A stretch of 64,000 nucleotides of DNA from a virus. The notes under the pieces were generated by a model. It ran no database searches. It had not been told where the DNA came from and worked only from the letters and a program-made list of their open reading frames with translations. Numbering within the stretch: position 1 is the first letter of the stretch; each line of letters starts with the position of its first letter. Location: IMG/VR virus record IMGVR_UViG_3300020187_003193; one strand, written 5' to 3'. Below are positions 44,042 to 54,897 of the stretch, one piece after another. Position numbers and translations under genes: made by a program.

Positions 44042-44796
44042 TGCAATTATCCGCTGAGGTTATAAAGGGAAATTATGATATGCTCGTTAGGGGTATCGAA
44101 AAATATGTTCAAGGAGAACGTAAGCAGCAATTCATTGACTTTTATAATAAGTTTGATGAGAGGATAGCATTACTCCCAGCATCACACAAGACCAATTACC
44201 ATAACTGTTTTCCAGGAGGGTATGCGGATCATGTGCTTCGTGTTATTAAGGCAGCGTTCAAAGTTCACAAAGTTTGGGTTGAAATGGGTATGGTGGAAAC
44301 ATATACCGATGAGGAATTATTTGTAGCTGCCTTAAATCACGATTTGGGTAAAATTGGTTCAGCCGAAGAAACTTCAGTTTTTCCATCTACAGATGAATGG
44401 AGAAAGAAGAACCTAGGTGAAATGTATACTTTCAATACAAGTATTGGGTATATGACAGTCCCAGACCGTTCTTTATTTTTGCTTCAAGAAGCAGGTATTC
44501 AATTATCCACAAACGAGTGGATTGCAATAAAAACCCATGATGGTTTATATGATAAAGCAAACGAAGCTTATCTTAAAGGTTTCATGAACGAAACCAAACC
44601 TAGAACATCTTTACCATTTGTTCTACATCAGGCAGATTTAATGGCGGCTCGTGTTGAATGGGAACGTGATTGGTTACATACATTCGGTAAAAAAGAAGAA
44701 AAACAAAAAACAACTAAACAAGACAGAATCAATACAAATCTAGGCAAAGCTGGCGCAAACAATGCGGGGTTGATGGATTTGGTTAAAGGATTATAA
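44041..44796 (+). CDS. HD-domain metal-dependent phosphohydrolase
   Basis: 'YHNCFPGGYADH', 'ALNHDLGKIG', 'IKTHDG', 'LHQADL'. Confidence 0.85.
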   Translation: MQLSAEVIKGNYDMLVRGIEKYVQGERKQQFIDFYNKFDERIALLPASHKTNYHNCFPGGYADHVLRVIKAAFKVHKVWVEMGMVETYTDEELFVAALNHDLGKIGSAEETSVFPSTDEWRKKNLGEMYTFNTSIGYMTVPDRSLFLLQEAGIQLSTNEWIAIKTHDGLYDKANEAYLKGFMNETKPRTSLPFVLHQADLMAARVEWERDWLHTFGKKEEKQKTTKQDRINTNLGKAGANNAGLMDLVKGL

Positions 44797-44797
44797 T

Positions 44798-45085
44798 ATG
44801 TCAACTACAACACTAATTATATTGATTAACGTAGGGATATTGCTATTAGCAGTTATCTCCTACGTTATCATTAATTTACTTCGCAAAAACGAGAAGTTTG
44901 AAGAGATGATTGAAATGCAAAATCAATACATCGAAACTATCTCAAATCTTATGAGGGAGTCGGATAAAAAAGTTAAGGAAATTGATTCTAAACAAATATT
45001 CCAATCTGACGACGAAATAGGATGGTTCTTTACAGGTATCAAAGAGATACAAGAACTAATCAACGAATACAATATCAAGAAATAG
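44798..45085 (+). CDS. Membrane-anchored coiled-coil protein
   Basis: N-terminal TM segment; 'DDEIGWFF'. Confidence 0.7.
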   Translation: MSTTTLIILINVGILLLAVISYVIINLLRKNEKFEEMIEMQNQYIETISNLMRESDKKVKEIDSKQIFQSDDEIGWFFTGIKEIQELINEYNIKK

Positions 45086-45086
45086 C

Positions 45087-45893
45087 ATGTCTGAAGAATT
45101 AAACGAAACTATTGGTGGAAAAATTCTAGCTGTCCCTCAAACTGATGAGGGACCTCAATATACTAAAAAGGGTACTTTACGTAAACGTCGTCCAAAGACG
45201 AAAAAAATGTATTTTACTTCGGATACTGAAGAAGCTATTTTAGAATACCTGGCAGCTGAAGGGGATGAGAGACTTCGTAATCAAATTTATAACGAACGTA
45301 TTAAATATGCCTTTCATAAATTAACCGAAAATATAATTCATACTTTTAAATTTTACTATACTGAAGTAGAAACCATAGGTGAATTACAACACGAGGTTAC
45401 TTCTTTTCTATTAGAGAAACTACACTTATATCAGCAAGATAAAGGTAAAGCGTATTCTTATTTCGGTACAATTGCTAAACGTTACCTTATATTATATAAT
45501 AATACAAACTATAAGAAATTAAAACAAAAGGCAGATGTAATGGCCGTTGACGAAGACCAAACTATTACAATTGACCTTACAAACAATACCCCTCAGCCTT
45601 TAGATGAAGAAGGAACGGCATTTTTAGATTATTTTGTTCGTTATATGGATAAACATCTATTTACCTTATTTCCAAAATCAGAAGATGCTAAAACAGCAGA
45701 CGCAGTAGTTGAATTATTTCGTAAAAGAGAAAATTTAGAATTATTTAACAAAAAAGGAATATACATATATATTAGGGAAATTACAGACCAATCTACCCCA
45801 CAAATAACAAAGGTTATAAAGAAAATGAAAAAAACTTATGTTAAGTTAATGTCCCAATATTCGGATTCGGGATACGTTAGCATGAGGTTGTAA
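45087..45893 (+). CDS. Phage sigma factor (gp55-like, putative late)
   Basis: Region-2-like 'ELQHEV..FLLEKL..Y...KGKAYSYFGTIAKRYLI'. Confidence 0.7.
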   Translation: MSEELNETIGGKILAVPQTDEGPQYTKKGTLRKRRPKTKKMYFTSDTEEAILEYLAAEGDERLRNQIYNERIKYAFHKLTENIIHTFKFYYTEVETIGELQHEVTSFLLEKLHLYQQDKGKAYSYFGTIAKRYLILYNNTNYKKLKQKADVMAVDEDQTITIDLTNNTPQPLDEEGTAFLDYFVRYMDKHLFTLFPKSEDAKTADAVVELFRKRENLELFNKKGIYIYIREITDQSTPQITKVIKKMKKTYVKLMSQYSDSGYVSMRL

Positions 45894-45908
45894 GTTTTCC
45901 CTATAACT

Positions 45909-45916
45909 ATATTTAT
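45909..45916 (+). promoter_or_regulatory. Putative late promoter motif ATATTTAT
   Basis: Heads the baseplate operon. Confidence 0.55.
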
Positions 45917-45933
45917 ATCCATATAACAAAATT

Positions 45934-46311
45934 ATGGATTTTTCACAAGTAAACCTATTTGGTAAGAAAACTTTCGCAGACTTACTAAAGGAAATACATA
46001 CCAACCAAAAAGATAAAGAGGTCCAATTACGTTCGCTAATTGAAGGCCTCAAACCCCTCATCACTTCACCAGGAGAAGCTACCATTATGGTTCCTTTAAT
46101 CAAGGAATATATGGAATTAGCTATTAAAAACGATGATGCCTTGATCAAAATGGCAGGTATAGTTCAACGTGCTATGAATACCAAAATGGCTGAAGGGGAC
46201 GATATATTGTCTGATGAAGATAAAGAATTATTATTCTCTTCTTTAAAAGATCTAGATACTAAAGTTGAACAAGTAGAAGTTAAAGAACCAAAATTAGAGG
46301 ATGTCAATTAA
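45934..46311 (+). CDS. Conserved hypothetical protein
   Basis: First ORF of structural operon. Confidence 0.7.
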   Translation: MDFSQVNLFGKKTFADLLKEIHTNQKDKEVQLRSLIEGLKPLITSPGEATIMVPLIKEYMELAIKNDDALIKMAGIVQRAMNTKMAEGDDILSDEDKELLFSSLKDLDTKVEQVEVKEPKLEDVN

Positions 46312-47314
46312 TAGCCAATCCCCTACTTTAGGGAATACCTTTATTGGACAAGGTTCATCTCAATCCCCTTCATTAGGAGGTGGAAGGATGTTTCCTGTTC
46401 GAGTAATAGATATTTCACTTGGTTCTTCTTCACACCCCCAATCTTTGTTTCAAGTTACTAAAGGATGGTGGGGTATAGGAGCTATTAGATTTGAACCCTT
46501 AAATGAAAGTTCCTTACCAAAGGAATTTCCTCAAGGAAACATAGCTTTACCCTTAGATACTAATTTAAAAAAATTACCTCTTATAAATGAGATAGTATTT
46601 ATAGTTCCTTCCCCTTCACTTAGATTTTTAGAGGATGGTAATACTGATGCTATTGATTTTTATTATATGAATGCCTTAACCCTTTGGAATAGTAATCATG
46701 TAAATGCATTACCTTCTTTAGGAGTTAACATTACTCAAACTACAGATACAATTAACAACCCCGATATAGATGGGGGATTGGAAAATGATTTAGATAATAA
46801 AGTACCTGAAATATCATATGGTAAAACTTTTACTGAAAGTGGTAGAATAAAAAATCTCTACCCAAATGAAGGAGATGTCATTTTGGAAGGGCGATTTGGA
46901 AATTCAATTAGATTTGGATCCACAGCAAAACAACCATCAGGGAGTGCTAATATAGAAAGTCCTTGGAGCACTACAGGTGAAAATGGAAGTCCTATTACTA
47001 TAATACGAAATGGACAAAGTAAAGCAGATTTAGACTATAATAATTGGTACCCCATATATGAAGATATTCAAAATGATGATTCATCCATATACATGACATC
47101 AGGACAAACTATACCAGTATCTTTAGGTTCAACTAATTTTGCATCATTTGGTGTAGATGCTGTACCTGTTGCTAACACAACTAAACTATTACAAGATACA
47201 CCTGTAGATAATTCAAGTTTATCCAATAAAGAACTAGATTCAGCTGATAAAGCATATGATATAGTTAATCAAGAACCCGATTTAACAACCGAAGTAACCA
47301 GCTCAAGCGTATAA
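46301..47314 (+). CDS. Putative baseplate hub/spike protein (gp5-like N-terminal part)
   Basis: 'PLINEIV', 'EGDVILEGRFGNSIRFGS'; upstream of gp25/gp6. Confidence 0.55.
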   Translation: MSINSQSPTLGNTFIGQGSSQSPSLGGGRMFPVRVIDISLGSSSHPQSLFQVTKGWWGIGAIRFEPLNESSLPKEFPQGNIALPLDTNLKKLPLINEIVFIVPSPSLRFLEDGNTDAIDFYYMNALTLWNSNHVNALPSLGVNITQTTDTINNPDIDGGLENDLDNKVPEISYGKTFTESGRIKNLYPNEGDVILEGRFGNSIRFGSTAKQPSGSANIESPWSTTGENGSPITIIRNGQSKADLDYNNWYPIYEDIQNDDSSIYMTSGQTIPVSLGSTNFASFGVDAVPVANTTKLLQDTPVDNSSLSNKELDSADKAYDIVNQEPDLTTEVTSSSV

Positions 47315-47315
47315 C

Positions 47316-47735
47316 ATGGCATATTTTCCAGAATTCCCATATAGAGGTAAGCAGATTATTATAGATTCTGATAGAGTTACATTAAACTCTAAAACAGATA
47401 CTACATTCCTTGTAGGAAATAAAGCTGTTAGTATATCTTCGGGTGGTAGTATTAACATGGATAGTAGCGAAGGTTGTATAATTAACTCTCCTAATATTAA
47501 ATTAGGGTTAGATGCTCGACATCCTCTAGTATATGGGGATACTTTACAAAGTGCTTTAAATGAATTTTTAAAGATTATAAATGAAGTTGTAGTCCCCAAT
47601 TTACAAACTGCAACTGAATCAAACGGGGCAAAAATGACTAGTGTAAATTTAGCAGGAGATGCCTTACAAAAAGCATCTGTAAATTTAAGTCAAAGGTTAG
47701 GAGACATTATTTCAAAAACTAACTATACTCAATAA
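47316..47735 (+). CDS. Putative baseplate spike beta-helix protein
   Basis: Short beta repeats 'IIIDSDRVTLNSK..INSPNIKLG'. Confidence 0.5.
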   Translation: MAYFPEFPYRGKQIIIDSDRVTLNSKTDTTFLVGNKAVSISSGGSINMDSSEGCIINSPNIKLGLDARHPLVYGDTLQSALNEFLKIINEVVVPNLQTATESNGAKMTSVNLAGDALQKASVNLSQRLGDIISKTNYTQ

Positions 47736-50722
47736 TGGGATTAGAACAAACTATAATAAAAGGAGGAAATACTTTAGGTAAGTTTGCTCAAACTATACAG
47801 GATAAGTCTCTTGTATTAGTTTATGGTCGTGAGGAAGAAGTTTTAGATGTTAACTTTGCAAGTGCAGCTGAAAGAGAAGAATTTCTAAAAGCGTTACCTA
47901 AAATAACTCAACAACCTTCTTTAAGTAGTATAGTTAAAACACTTCAAGTAATTAATACATACGATGTATGTAATCCCCTAAACTTAGCAGTTCAACAACT
48001 TACTCGTCCTGGTAGTGCTATAGGAAATATACTAAGTGGAGCTCAAGGTAGAATAGGAGAAATTGTAAATGCTTTTAGAGCATCCAATATAATAGATAGT
48101 CCTCAACTTAGACAAGCCTTTGTACCTGTTACTTTTGATTTAACAACTGGAGAAGAGGTTGAATCTATGATTTTTCAAACTACACAAAAGGTTAACTTAA
48201 TTGTACCTTTTTCGGGGGATGAAATTACAAATAAAACAAATACTATATCCAGGGGATCTTACGTTACTTTAACTCAAACTGACGATCCTAAGAAGAAGAT
48301 GTTTTATATGAAGGGAACTATAGATTCTTTTACAGAAGTAAATGATCCCCTCCCTGGTATTGAATATACTATTAATATAGATAGTATGGGTCCTACCTCC
48401 GACCCACCATATCAAAATGATAAAAATGGAAATTTAATAAAAAACTCTGCTGGACAACCTATTCCTCAAGAATTTTTTAACTGGCAAATCGAATCTGAAT
48501 CAAAAATCTCTGGAGATGCAAAACAATTATCCTCTGATTTAAGTAGTTTAGCAACAACATTAAGAGAAATAGGTATAGCAGATTTAGCTACAGAATTAAA
48601 TGAATTACCTTCCACTCTACCAGGTGCAGGAAATATAAAGAAGGCATTACAAGAAGTCCTTACCATAATTGACGATGGAGCTACTATAGCTACAGGTGCT
48701 GCTAACGTAGTAGGTACTGCTGCTACCTCTGTAGAGGGGGGTCTTACCACAGAACAAGTAATCTTAAGAGTAAGATTATTAAGAGATTTTTATACTAAGA
48801 TACTTCCTTTTACAAATATAAATTTTGCAGTACAAGAGTTATTTAAAAACCAAATAGCAAGTATAAATAACGTTTTACGTGATGCTATTCCTTATGAACA
48901 ACTAGCTCAACTTGTAAAGGTAGTAACTACTTTATCTCGAACAGTTTTAGGGGCTATAAATTTAATTTTAGCAGGACTAAAAATAATAAATTCTGCTATT
49001 AAGACTATAATGGTAGTTTTAAAAGTAGTTAAAATAATTTTAAAGGTAATTAAAAAACTAATAAAGTTTATCCCCGCTCGTTGGAGTACAATAGGTAAAA
49101 TTGAAAGTATAACTAACAAAATTAATGAATGGCAAACATCTATTCAAAAAGCTATAGACATATTACAAAATATTAGTGATGTAATTCAAAACCTAATAGG
49201 ATCTTTAGCTTTAGTAAGGAGATACTTACAAGATTTAATAGTAGAATCATCTAAATTTGCAGCCAAACTAGAAAGTTGTGCTGGGTTTAATAACAAAGGT
49301 TTATCTGAAGCAGCCCTAGAAGCCTCTAGAAACAACTTCTTAGCCCTTCAAGGCCTAATCCAATCAGTTCCACAAGTAGAAAATGTAGGAGTAAGAGGAC
49401 CAGCAGGTGCAAATGCTTTAGCTCAAGGATATACTACTTTTGTAATAGGACCTGGAGGAGTTATAATGCCCTTACGTGATACTGTTTTTGGATTCGATGA
49501 ATTTGGAAACTTATTATTTTATGGAGATCTAACCTCAGCTGCAACAGGAGTAAATTTTGAAAATACTTTAGGACAAGAATTTAGAAGTAAACTAAAATAC
49601 TATACCTTTAATAAATTTGATGCCTCTAAAAAAGCATTATTAGAATTAGCAGATAAAACCTTTTTAGATAACCAAATTGTAGCCGATCCAGAAGATGTTT
49701 TTGGAAATTTTCAAGAGTTGTTTTTAGGGTATACTTTAAAAGTTCAAGAAGAAAAACCAATAGGTGCTACTGAAAATACCTTGCTTAGAAGAAGAGGTAT
49801 AGCTTTAACCTCAAATGAAAAAATAGTAGTGTCTACGGATTTAACATATTCAACTGATTTAAATACTATTGTAAACGAGTTAAAATATAAATTAAGACGT
49901 AATTTAGATCAAGGACTTATTGGAATCAATACTACGGATAGAGGTTCAAATGAGATAACAGATGATAATGCTTTAGATTTAGCTTCACAAGTTGGTGCTA
50001 ATTCAATAGGAATTAATAACGAAAAAGCAGCTTCAAATAATAGGGCAACAAGTAATATCTCGGGTCAACAATTAGAACCTGCAGATCCAAGAGAAACAAG
50101 AATTGGAAATCAACCATTTACAGTTGATGATCAAGTAGGAATAGGTGCACAAGAAAAACCAAATACATCTACCCCTGCAAGAACCATAAATGTAGAATCA
50201 CTTATTACACCCATTACCCTCCAATCAGAAGAAGAAGATCCTGAATTAAGGGCCGTTAGAGATGTAATAGATACATTAGGGTCTGTTAATGCTGGGACTA
50301 TTTCTAAAATTTTAAGCGAACCTGGTAATCAAAACTTGACTGATGAAGAACTTGTTAGTAAATTAAAACAATCTATTTTAAGTGGTATAGATCCTAACCC
50401 TGACAAAGTTGAAGAAATTAAAAAGAAAACTCAACAATGGTATGAAGGTTTACAACAACAAACTAAAATAGAATGGGAACAATTGTTTATGCAAAGTAGA
50501 TATAATAAAAAACCTGTTCCTCCATTTGAAGTTTATTATGACACTGTAGAAAAACAAGAGTTACCTAAATGGGTAAAACTTTTATTAAGAAATAGGTATA
50601 CTGAAACAGAAGTAGATTACGGTATATCACAAGACGAAATTAGAGACAAATATAAAATAGTAATCAAAGATGATGGTTCAGTAGAAGTAACATTAAGACC
50701 AGCATTTGGAAAAAAGAATTAG
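47735..50722 (+). CDS. Large structural protein with amphipathic helical core
   Basis: 995 aa in baseplate operon. Confidence 0.6.
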   Translation: MGLEQTIIKGGNTLGKFAQTIQDKSLVLVYGREEEVLDVNFASAAEREEFLKALPKITQQPSLSSIVKTLQVINTYDVCNPLNLAVQQLTRPGSAIGNILSGAQGRIGEIVNAFRASNIIDSPQLRQAFVPVTFDLTTGEEVESMIFQTTQKVNLIVPFSGDEITNKTNTISRGSYVTLTQTDDPKKKMFYMKGTIDSFTEVNDPLPGIEYTINIDSMGPTSDPPYQNDKNGNLIKNSAGQPIPQEFFNWQIESESKISGDAKQLSSDLSSLATTLREIGIADLATELNELPSTLPGAGNIKKALQEVLTIIDDGATIATGAANVVGTAATSVEGGLTTEQVILRVRLLRDFYTKILPFTNINFAVQELFKNQIASINNVLRDAIPYEQLAQLVKVVTTLSRTVLGAINLILAGLKIINSAIKTIMVVLKVVKIILKVIKKLIKFIPARWSTIGKIESITNKINEWQTSIQKAIDILQNISDVIQNLIGSLALVRRYLQDLIVESSKFAAKLESCAGFNNKGLSEAALEASRNNFLALQGLIQSVPQVENVGVRGPAGANALAQGYTTFVIGPGGVIMPLRDTVFGFDEFGNLLFYGDLTSAATGVNFENTLGQEFRSKLKYYTFNKFDASKKALLELADKTFLDNQIVADPEDVFGNFQELFLGYTLKVQEEKPIGATENTLLRRRGIALTSNEKIVVSTDLTYSTDLNTIVNELKYKLRRNLDQGLIGINTTDRGSNEITDDNALDLASQVGANSIGINNEKAASNNRATSNISGQQLEPADPRETRIGNQPFTVDDQVGIGAQEKPNTSTPARTINVESLITPITLQSEEEDPELRAVRDVIDTLGSVNAGTISKILSEPGNQNLTDEELVSKLKQSILSGIDPNPDKVEEIKKKTQQWYEGLQQQTKIEWEQLFMQSRYNKKPVPPFEVYYDTVEKQELPKWVKLLLRNRYTETEVDYGISQDEIRDKYKIVIKDDGSVEVTLRPAFGKKN

Positions 50723-50729
50723 CAAATAA

Positions 50730-50737
50730 ATATTTAT
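50730..50737 (+). promoter_or_regulatory. Putative late promoter motif ATATTTAT
   Basis: Intergenic, upstream of 50742. Confidence 0.45.
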
Positions 50738-50741
50738 AATC

Positions 50742-51203
50742 ATGAAATTAGACGCTTTTAGAAAAATTATTAGAGAAGAAGTAAGAGGTGTAATTAAGGA
50801 AGAACTTTCTTTAATTATGAGCACTCCTGTAACCGAAACTAAGGTAGTTAAGAAGCCGGTAGTAGAACAAAAAGTAAGTAAACCTTCATTTTCTGAAATA
50901 GTAAATGAAGAAGTAGTACAACAAAAACAACCTACATTTGAACCAACCGGAAATCCAATGTTGGACATCTTAAACGAAACCGCAGCAGCAGGTGAATGGA
51001 GAAGCTTAAACGGTGGATACAATTCTAGCCACGCAGCTGGATTCGCAGGTGGCATGCCTGGTGGAAACGTTAAAGTAGTAGAAAGTGTAGACCAAATGTT
51101 GGCTAACAAACAACCCGTAAGCGACATTAACCAAGTTGTTATTGATGCTGTACCTGATTTTTCAGGTGTAATGGGTAAATTAAAAGAAAGCGGTAAAATA
51201 TAA
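50742..51203 (+). CDS. Hypothetical structural protein
   Basis: 'IREEVRGVIKEEL' helix; in baseplate operon. Confidence 0.65.
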   Translation: MKLDAFRKIIREEVRGVIKEELSLIMSTPVTETKVVKKPVVEQKVSKPSFSEIVNEEVVQQKQPTFEPTGNPMLDILNETAAAGEWRSLNGGYNSSHAAGFAGGMPGGNVKVVESVDQMLANKQPVSDINQVVIDAVPDFSGVMGKLKESGKI

Positions 51204-51622
51204 TGGCTTATATTGTAAGAAATGTTGATATATTAGACCTTAAACCTAGTACAGGTGTAGGTATAGATTTACCTTTTAATGGTCCTACAGGTATTAACAC
51301 TACTTATACTACTAAAGCTGCTGTAAAAGCTAATCTACTAAATTTTATCTTAACAGGTAAAAGAGAAAGAATTATGAATCCTGGTTTCGGCTCGGGAATT
51401 CGTGATGTTATATTTGAACAAATAACAGATGAAAGAATAGATCAAATTGAAAACTTAATTTATGGTGGTGTAGAATTATATTTCCCACAAGTTCAAATTA
51501 ACGATTTAACAATTGATTTATCTTCTGAATCACAAACAATTGCTATATACTTAAAGTATTCTGTAATTAATACAAATATTGAAGATGAACTTCAAATAAA
51601 CATCAATAATGGCGGAGTCTAA
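51203..51622 (+). CDS. Baseplate wedge subunit, T4 gp25-like
   Basis: 'NLLNFILTGKRERIMNPGFGSGI..VIFEQ', 'YFPQV'. Confidence 0.88.
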   Translation: MAYIVRNVDILDLKPSTGVGIDLPFNGPTGINTTYTTKAAVKANLLNFILTGKRERIMNPGFGSGIRDVIFEQITDERIDQIENLIYGGVELYFPQVQINDLTIDLSSESQTIAIYLKYSVINTNIEDELQININNGGV

Positions 51623-53486
51623 ACAAATACAATACTTAAATAAGGATTTTGACGGGTTCAAACAGAAATTACTTGAATTTGCTCAAATATACTACCCTAA
51701 TACCTACAACGACTTCTCAGAGACCTCAGCAGGTCTTATGCTTGTTGAAATGGCCTCTTATGTAGGGGATGTTTTATCATTCTATACTGATAATCAAATA
51801 CAAGAAAACTTTTTACAATACGCAAAACAAAAAAGTAGTTTACTTTCTTTAGCTTACTCATATGGATATTTCCCTCAAGTAACTTATGCATCAACTGTAG
51901 AAATAGATGTTTTTCAAACCATCCCTTCAAGTATAAACGGTGGTTTAATAACTCCTGATTTTAATTATGCTTTAATTGTAGAACAAGGTGCTCAAATCCA
52001 ATCTAATAACAATGCAGGAGCCTTATTTTATGTAGAAGATAAAATAGACTTTACTATATCAGGAAGTGATAACCCTACTGACATCTCAGTTTACTCTTTA
52101 GATTCAGAAAACCAACCAAACTTTTATTTACTTAAAAAGAAAGTAAAAGCTACATCTGGTACTCTAAAATCAGTAGACTTTACCTTTACCAACCCTGAAA
52201 AATTTGCTACTATTAAAATTGAAGATAGTAATATAATTAAAATAGTAAATGTATCTGATACTGATGGTCAAAATTGGACTGAAGTTCCTTTTCTAGCACA
52301 AGAAACAGTATTTAGTTCTGTAGCTAATACAGCCCAAAATGATCCAAATCTATACCAATATAACGAAACCACTCCTTACCTATTAAAGGTAGAAAAAGTA
52401 CCACGTAGATTTGTAAAACGATTCAAGTCAGATAGTTCTATAGAATTACAATTTGGTCCTGGATCATCAACTAACCCTGATGAAGTAATCACTCCAAATA
52501 CTAATAATATTGGTTTAGGTTTACCTTATGGTACTAATAAACTTACTACAGCTTGGGATCCTGCTAATTTTATGTATACAAAAACATATGGTCTATCTCC
52601 ATCTAATACAACTCTAACCGTAGAATATCTTGTAGGAGGAGGAGCTTCATCAAACGTAGCTTCAAATACATTAACTACACTATTTTCAGGGAATGTTTCC
52701 TCTTTTGGAAATAATTTAGATCCCCTCTTAGAATCTACAGTTATAAACTCTCTAGCATTTAATAATTCTCAACCTGCAAAAGGTGGGGGTGATGGAGATT
52801 CAAATGAAGATATAAGACAAAATTCTATATCTCAATATCCAACTCAACTTAGAACTGTTACTAAAGATGATTACGCTATTAGAGCTTTATCTTTACCTGC
52901 TATATATGGGACTGTATCTAAAGTATATATTACTAATGAGGCTTCAATCTCAACAAATAGACTAACAGCAGAACAAAAGTACGATTCAAATTTATTAACA
53001 TTATATCTTCTTTCTAAAGATAATAATAATAAGTTAATTCAAGCAGATCTTGCTCTAAAACAAAATTTATCTACTTATTTAGCAGAGTATAGAATGCTTA
53101 CTGATGGTGTAGCTATTAAAGATGCTTTTATTATTAATATTGGTATTAACTTTGATGTTATATTACAACCTAATTTTAATAATAGATTAGTACTTAATAA
53201 TTGTATAGCTGCATTATCCGATTACTTTAACATAGATAAATGGCAATTGAACCAACCTATAATTCTTAGTAATGTTAGAAATCTTATAGACAATATAGAA
53301 GGTGTTCAAACAGTTAAAAAATTAGAAATAGTAAACAAAGCAGGAGCAAGTGGAAACTACTCCGAATTTGCATACGATATAAATGGTGCAACTATAGATG
53401 GTGTACTTTACCCATCACTTGACCCTTCAGTATTTGAAATAAAATTCCCTGAAACCGATATACAAGGTAGATCAGTAACAAACTAA
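51609..53486 (+). CDS. Baseplate wedge subunit, T4 gp6-like
   Basis: 'YLNKDFDGFK..L', 'MASYVGDVLSFY.D.Q..E', 'GGGDGDS', 'RTVT..DY'. Confidence 0.88.
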   Translation: MAESKQIQYLNKDFDGFKQKLLEFAQIYYPNTYNDFSETSAGLMLVEMASYVGDVLSFYTDNQIQENFLQYAKQKSSLLSLAYSYGYFPQVTYASTVEIDVFQTIPSSINGGLITPDFNYALIVEQGAQIQSNNNAGALFYVEDKIDFTISGSDNPTDISVYSLDSENQPNFYLLKKKVKATSGTLKSVDFTFTNPEKFATIKIEDSNIIKIVNVSDTDGQNWTEVPFLAQETVFSSVANTAQNDPNLYQYNETTPYLLKVEKVPRRFVKRFKSDSSIELQFGPGSSTNPDEVITPNTNNIGLGLPYGTNKLTTAWDPANFMYTKTYGLSPSNTTLTVEYLVGGGASSNVASNTLTTLFSGNVSSFGNNLDPLLESTVINSLAFNNSQPAKGGGDGDSNEDIRQNSISQYPTQLRTVTKDDYAIRALSLPAIYGTVSKVYITNEASISTNRLTAEQKYDSNLLTLYLLSKDNNNKLIQADLALKQNLSTYLAEYRMLTDGVAIKDAFIINIGINFDVILQPNFNNRLVLNNCIAALSDYFNIDKWQLNQPIILSNVRNLIDNIEGVQTVKKLEIVNKAGASGNYSEFAYDINGATIDGVLYPSLDPSVFEIKFPETDIQGRSVTN

Positions 53487-53490
53487 TAAC

Positions 53491-54549
53491 ATGGCAGTAT
53501 ATAAAATATTTCCCGAAAAAGATGCTTTTATCTTATCTCAATATCCTTCACAAAACACAGGACGAGATGAGGTATTAGAGGTTTCTAACGAAAATGGAAT
53601 TAATGTGGATTCATCTGCTGGAGGTGACTTACCTGCCGTTAAACGTTCGCTAATTCAATTCAATTCAACGGATATAAACGACGTTATATCCAATAAAATA
53701 GGCGACGCGTCATTCCAAAGTAACTTAAATTTATACCTGGCTACTGCTGGAAATTTACCGCTTAACTATACTATCGAAGCGTATCCTGTAACCCAATCTT
53801 GGAATATGGGAACCGGTAGAGTAGGAGATTCTCCTAAAACAGAAAACGGAGTATCTTGGACCTGGAGACAAGAATCAGGATCAGGAGCTTGGGCTACAGA
53901 AGGTGGAGATTGGTTATCAACTCCATCAAGTTCACAAACCTTTACTTACACTAGCGATAAAGATGTTTCAATGGATGTTACTACTATAGTAGATTCTTGG
54001 AATAGTGGTTCAATTGATAATAACGGGTTTATAGTTAAACTCGACGATAGTATCGAATTTTCTGCTTCATACGTTGAAACCGCGTATTTTTCCGTAGATA
54101 CCCACACAATATACCCACCTGATTTAGAATTTAAGTGGGACGATTCAATATATTCAACTACATTATCCCAAGTAACTTCAAGTGATTTTGTTGCTAAAGT
54201 AACAAATTTAAAATCTGAATTTGAAGATACAAGTGTATATAAATTTAAAGTAAAAGCTAGAGATACTTTCCCAACGAGAGCGTTTCAAACTTCATCTGTA
54301 TACTTAGATGCTAAAGCATTACCTACATCTTCATATTGGGGTTTAAAAGATGTCAAAACTGGAGAAATGGTAGTAGATTTTGATACAAACTATACTAAAA
54401 TAAGTGCCGACAACGAAAGCAACTACTTTACAGTTTATATGGACGGGTTAGAACCTGAAAGATACTATCAAGTAGCTATTAAAACAGTAATTGAAGGTGA
54501 AACATTAGTAATCGAAGATAAAACAAACTACTTTAAAGTTATAAGATAA
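53491..54549 (+). CDS. Structural protein with DNRLRE/CBM96-like domain
   Basis: 'DAFI...PSQNTG.D..LEV', 'RSLIQF', 'AYPV..SW..GTG'. Confidence 0.6.
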   Translation: MAVYKIFPEKDAFILSQYPSQNTGRDEVLEVSNENGINVDSSAGGDLPAVKRSLIQFNSTDINDVISNKIGDASFQSNLNLYLATAGNLPLNYTIEAYPVTQSWNMGTGRVGDSPKTENGVSWTWRQESGSGAWATEGGDWLSTPSSSQTFTYTSDKDVSMDVTTIVDSWNSGSIDNNGFIVKLDDSIEFSASYVETAYFSVDTHTIYPPDLEFKWDDSIYSTTLSQVTSSDFVAKVTNLKSEFEDTSVYKFKVKARDTFPTRAFQTSSVYLDAKALPTSSYWGLKDVKTGEMVVDFDTNYTKISADNESNYFTVYMDGLEPERYYQVAIKTVIEGETLVIEDKTNYFKVIR

Positions 54550-54896
54550 TGTCTAAACAAGAAGTAAAGCTTAATAAACAGGTATATGGTAAAGTATCCT
54601 ACCCTAAAGTAGTAAATACTGAGTTTTCTCAATTAGTTAAACCTGAACAGGCTCTAGTAATAGAGGAACCTATGACTGTAGCTGAATTTTTTGCTGAATA
54701 TGACAGATTATTTTTTGAAATCCCTCAAAGGGGAAATTTTGGTTCTCACGAAGAATTAATTAAAAGAAGCTCTAGCTACATAGGTGTAACAGGCCAATCA
54801 ACCGAAATACAAGCTCTACTAGACGAAATAAACGAATTAAGAAACCAGTTATTATCATCACAACAGGAAATAATTAACTTGAGTACAAATATATAA
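54549..54896 (+). CDS. Hypothetical structural protein
   Basis: 'VAEFFAEYDRLFFEIP..G..GSHEELIKRS'. Confidence 0.7.
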   Translation: MSKQEVKLNKQVYGKVSYPKVVNTEFSQLVKPEQALVIEEPMTVAEFFAEYDRLFFEIPQRGNFGSHEELIKRSSSYIGVTGQSTEIQALLDEINELRNQLLSSQQEIINLSTNI

Positions 54897-54897
54897 T

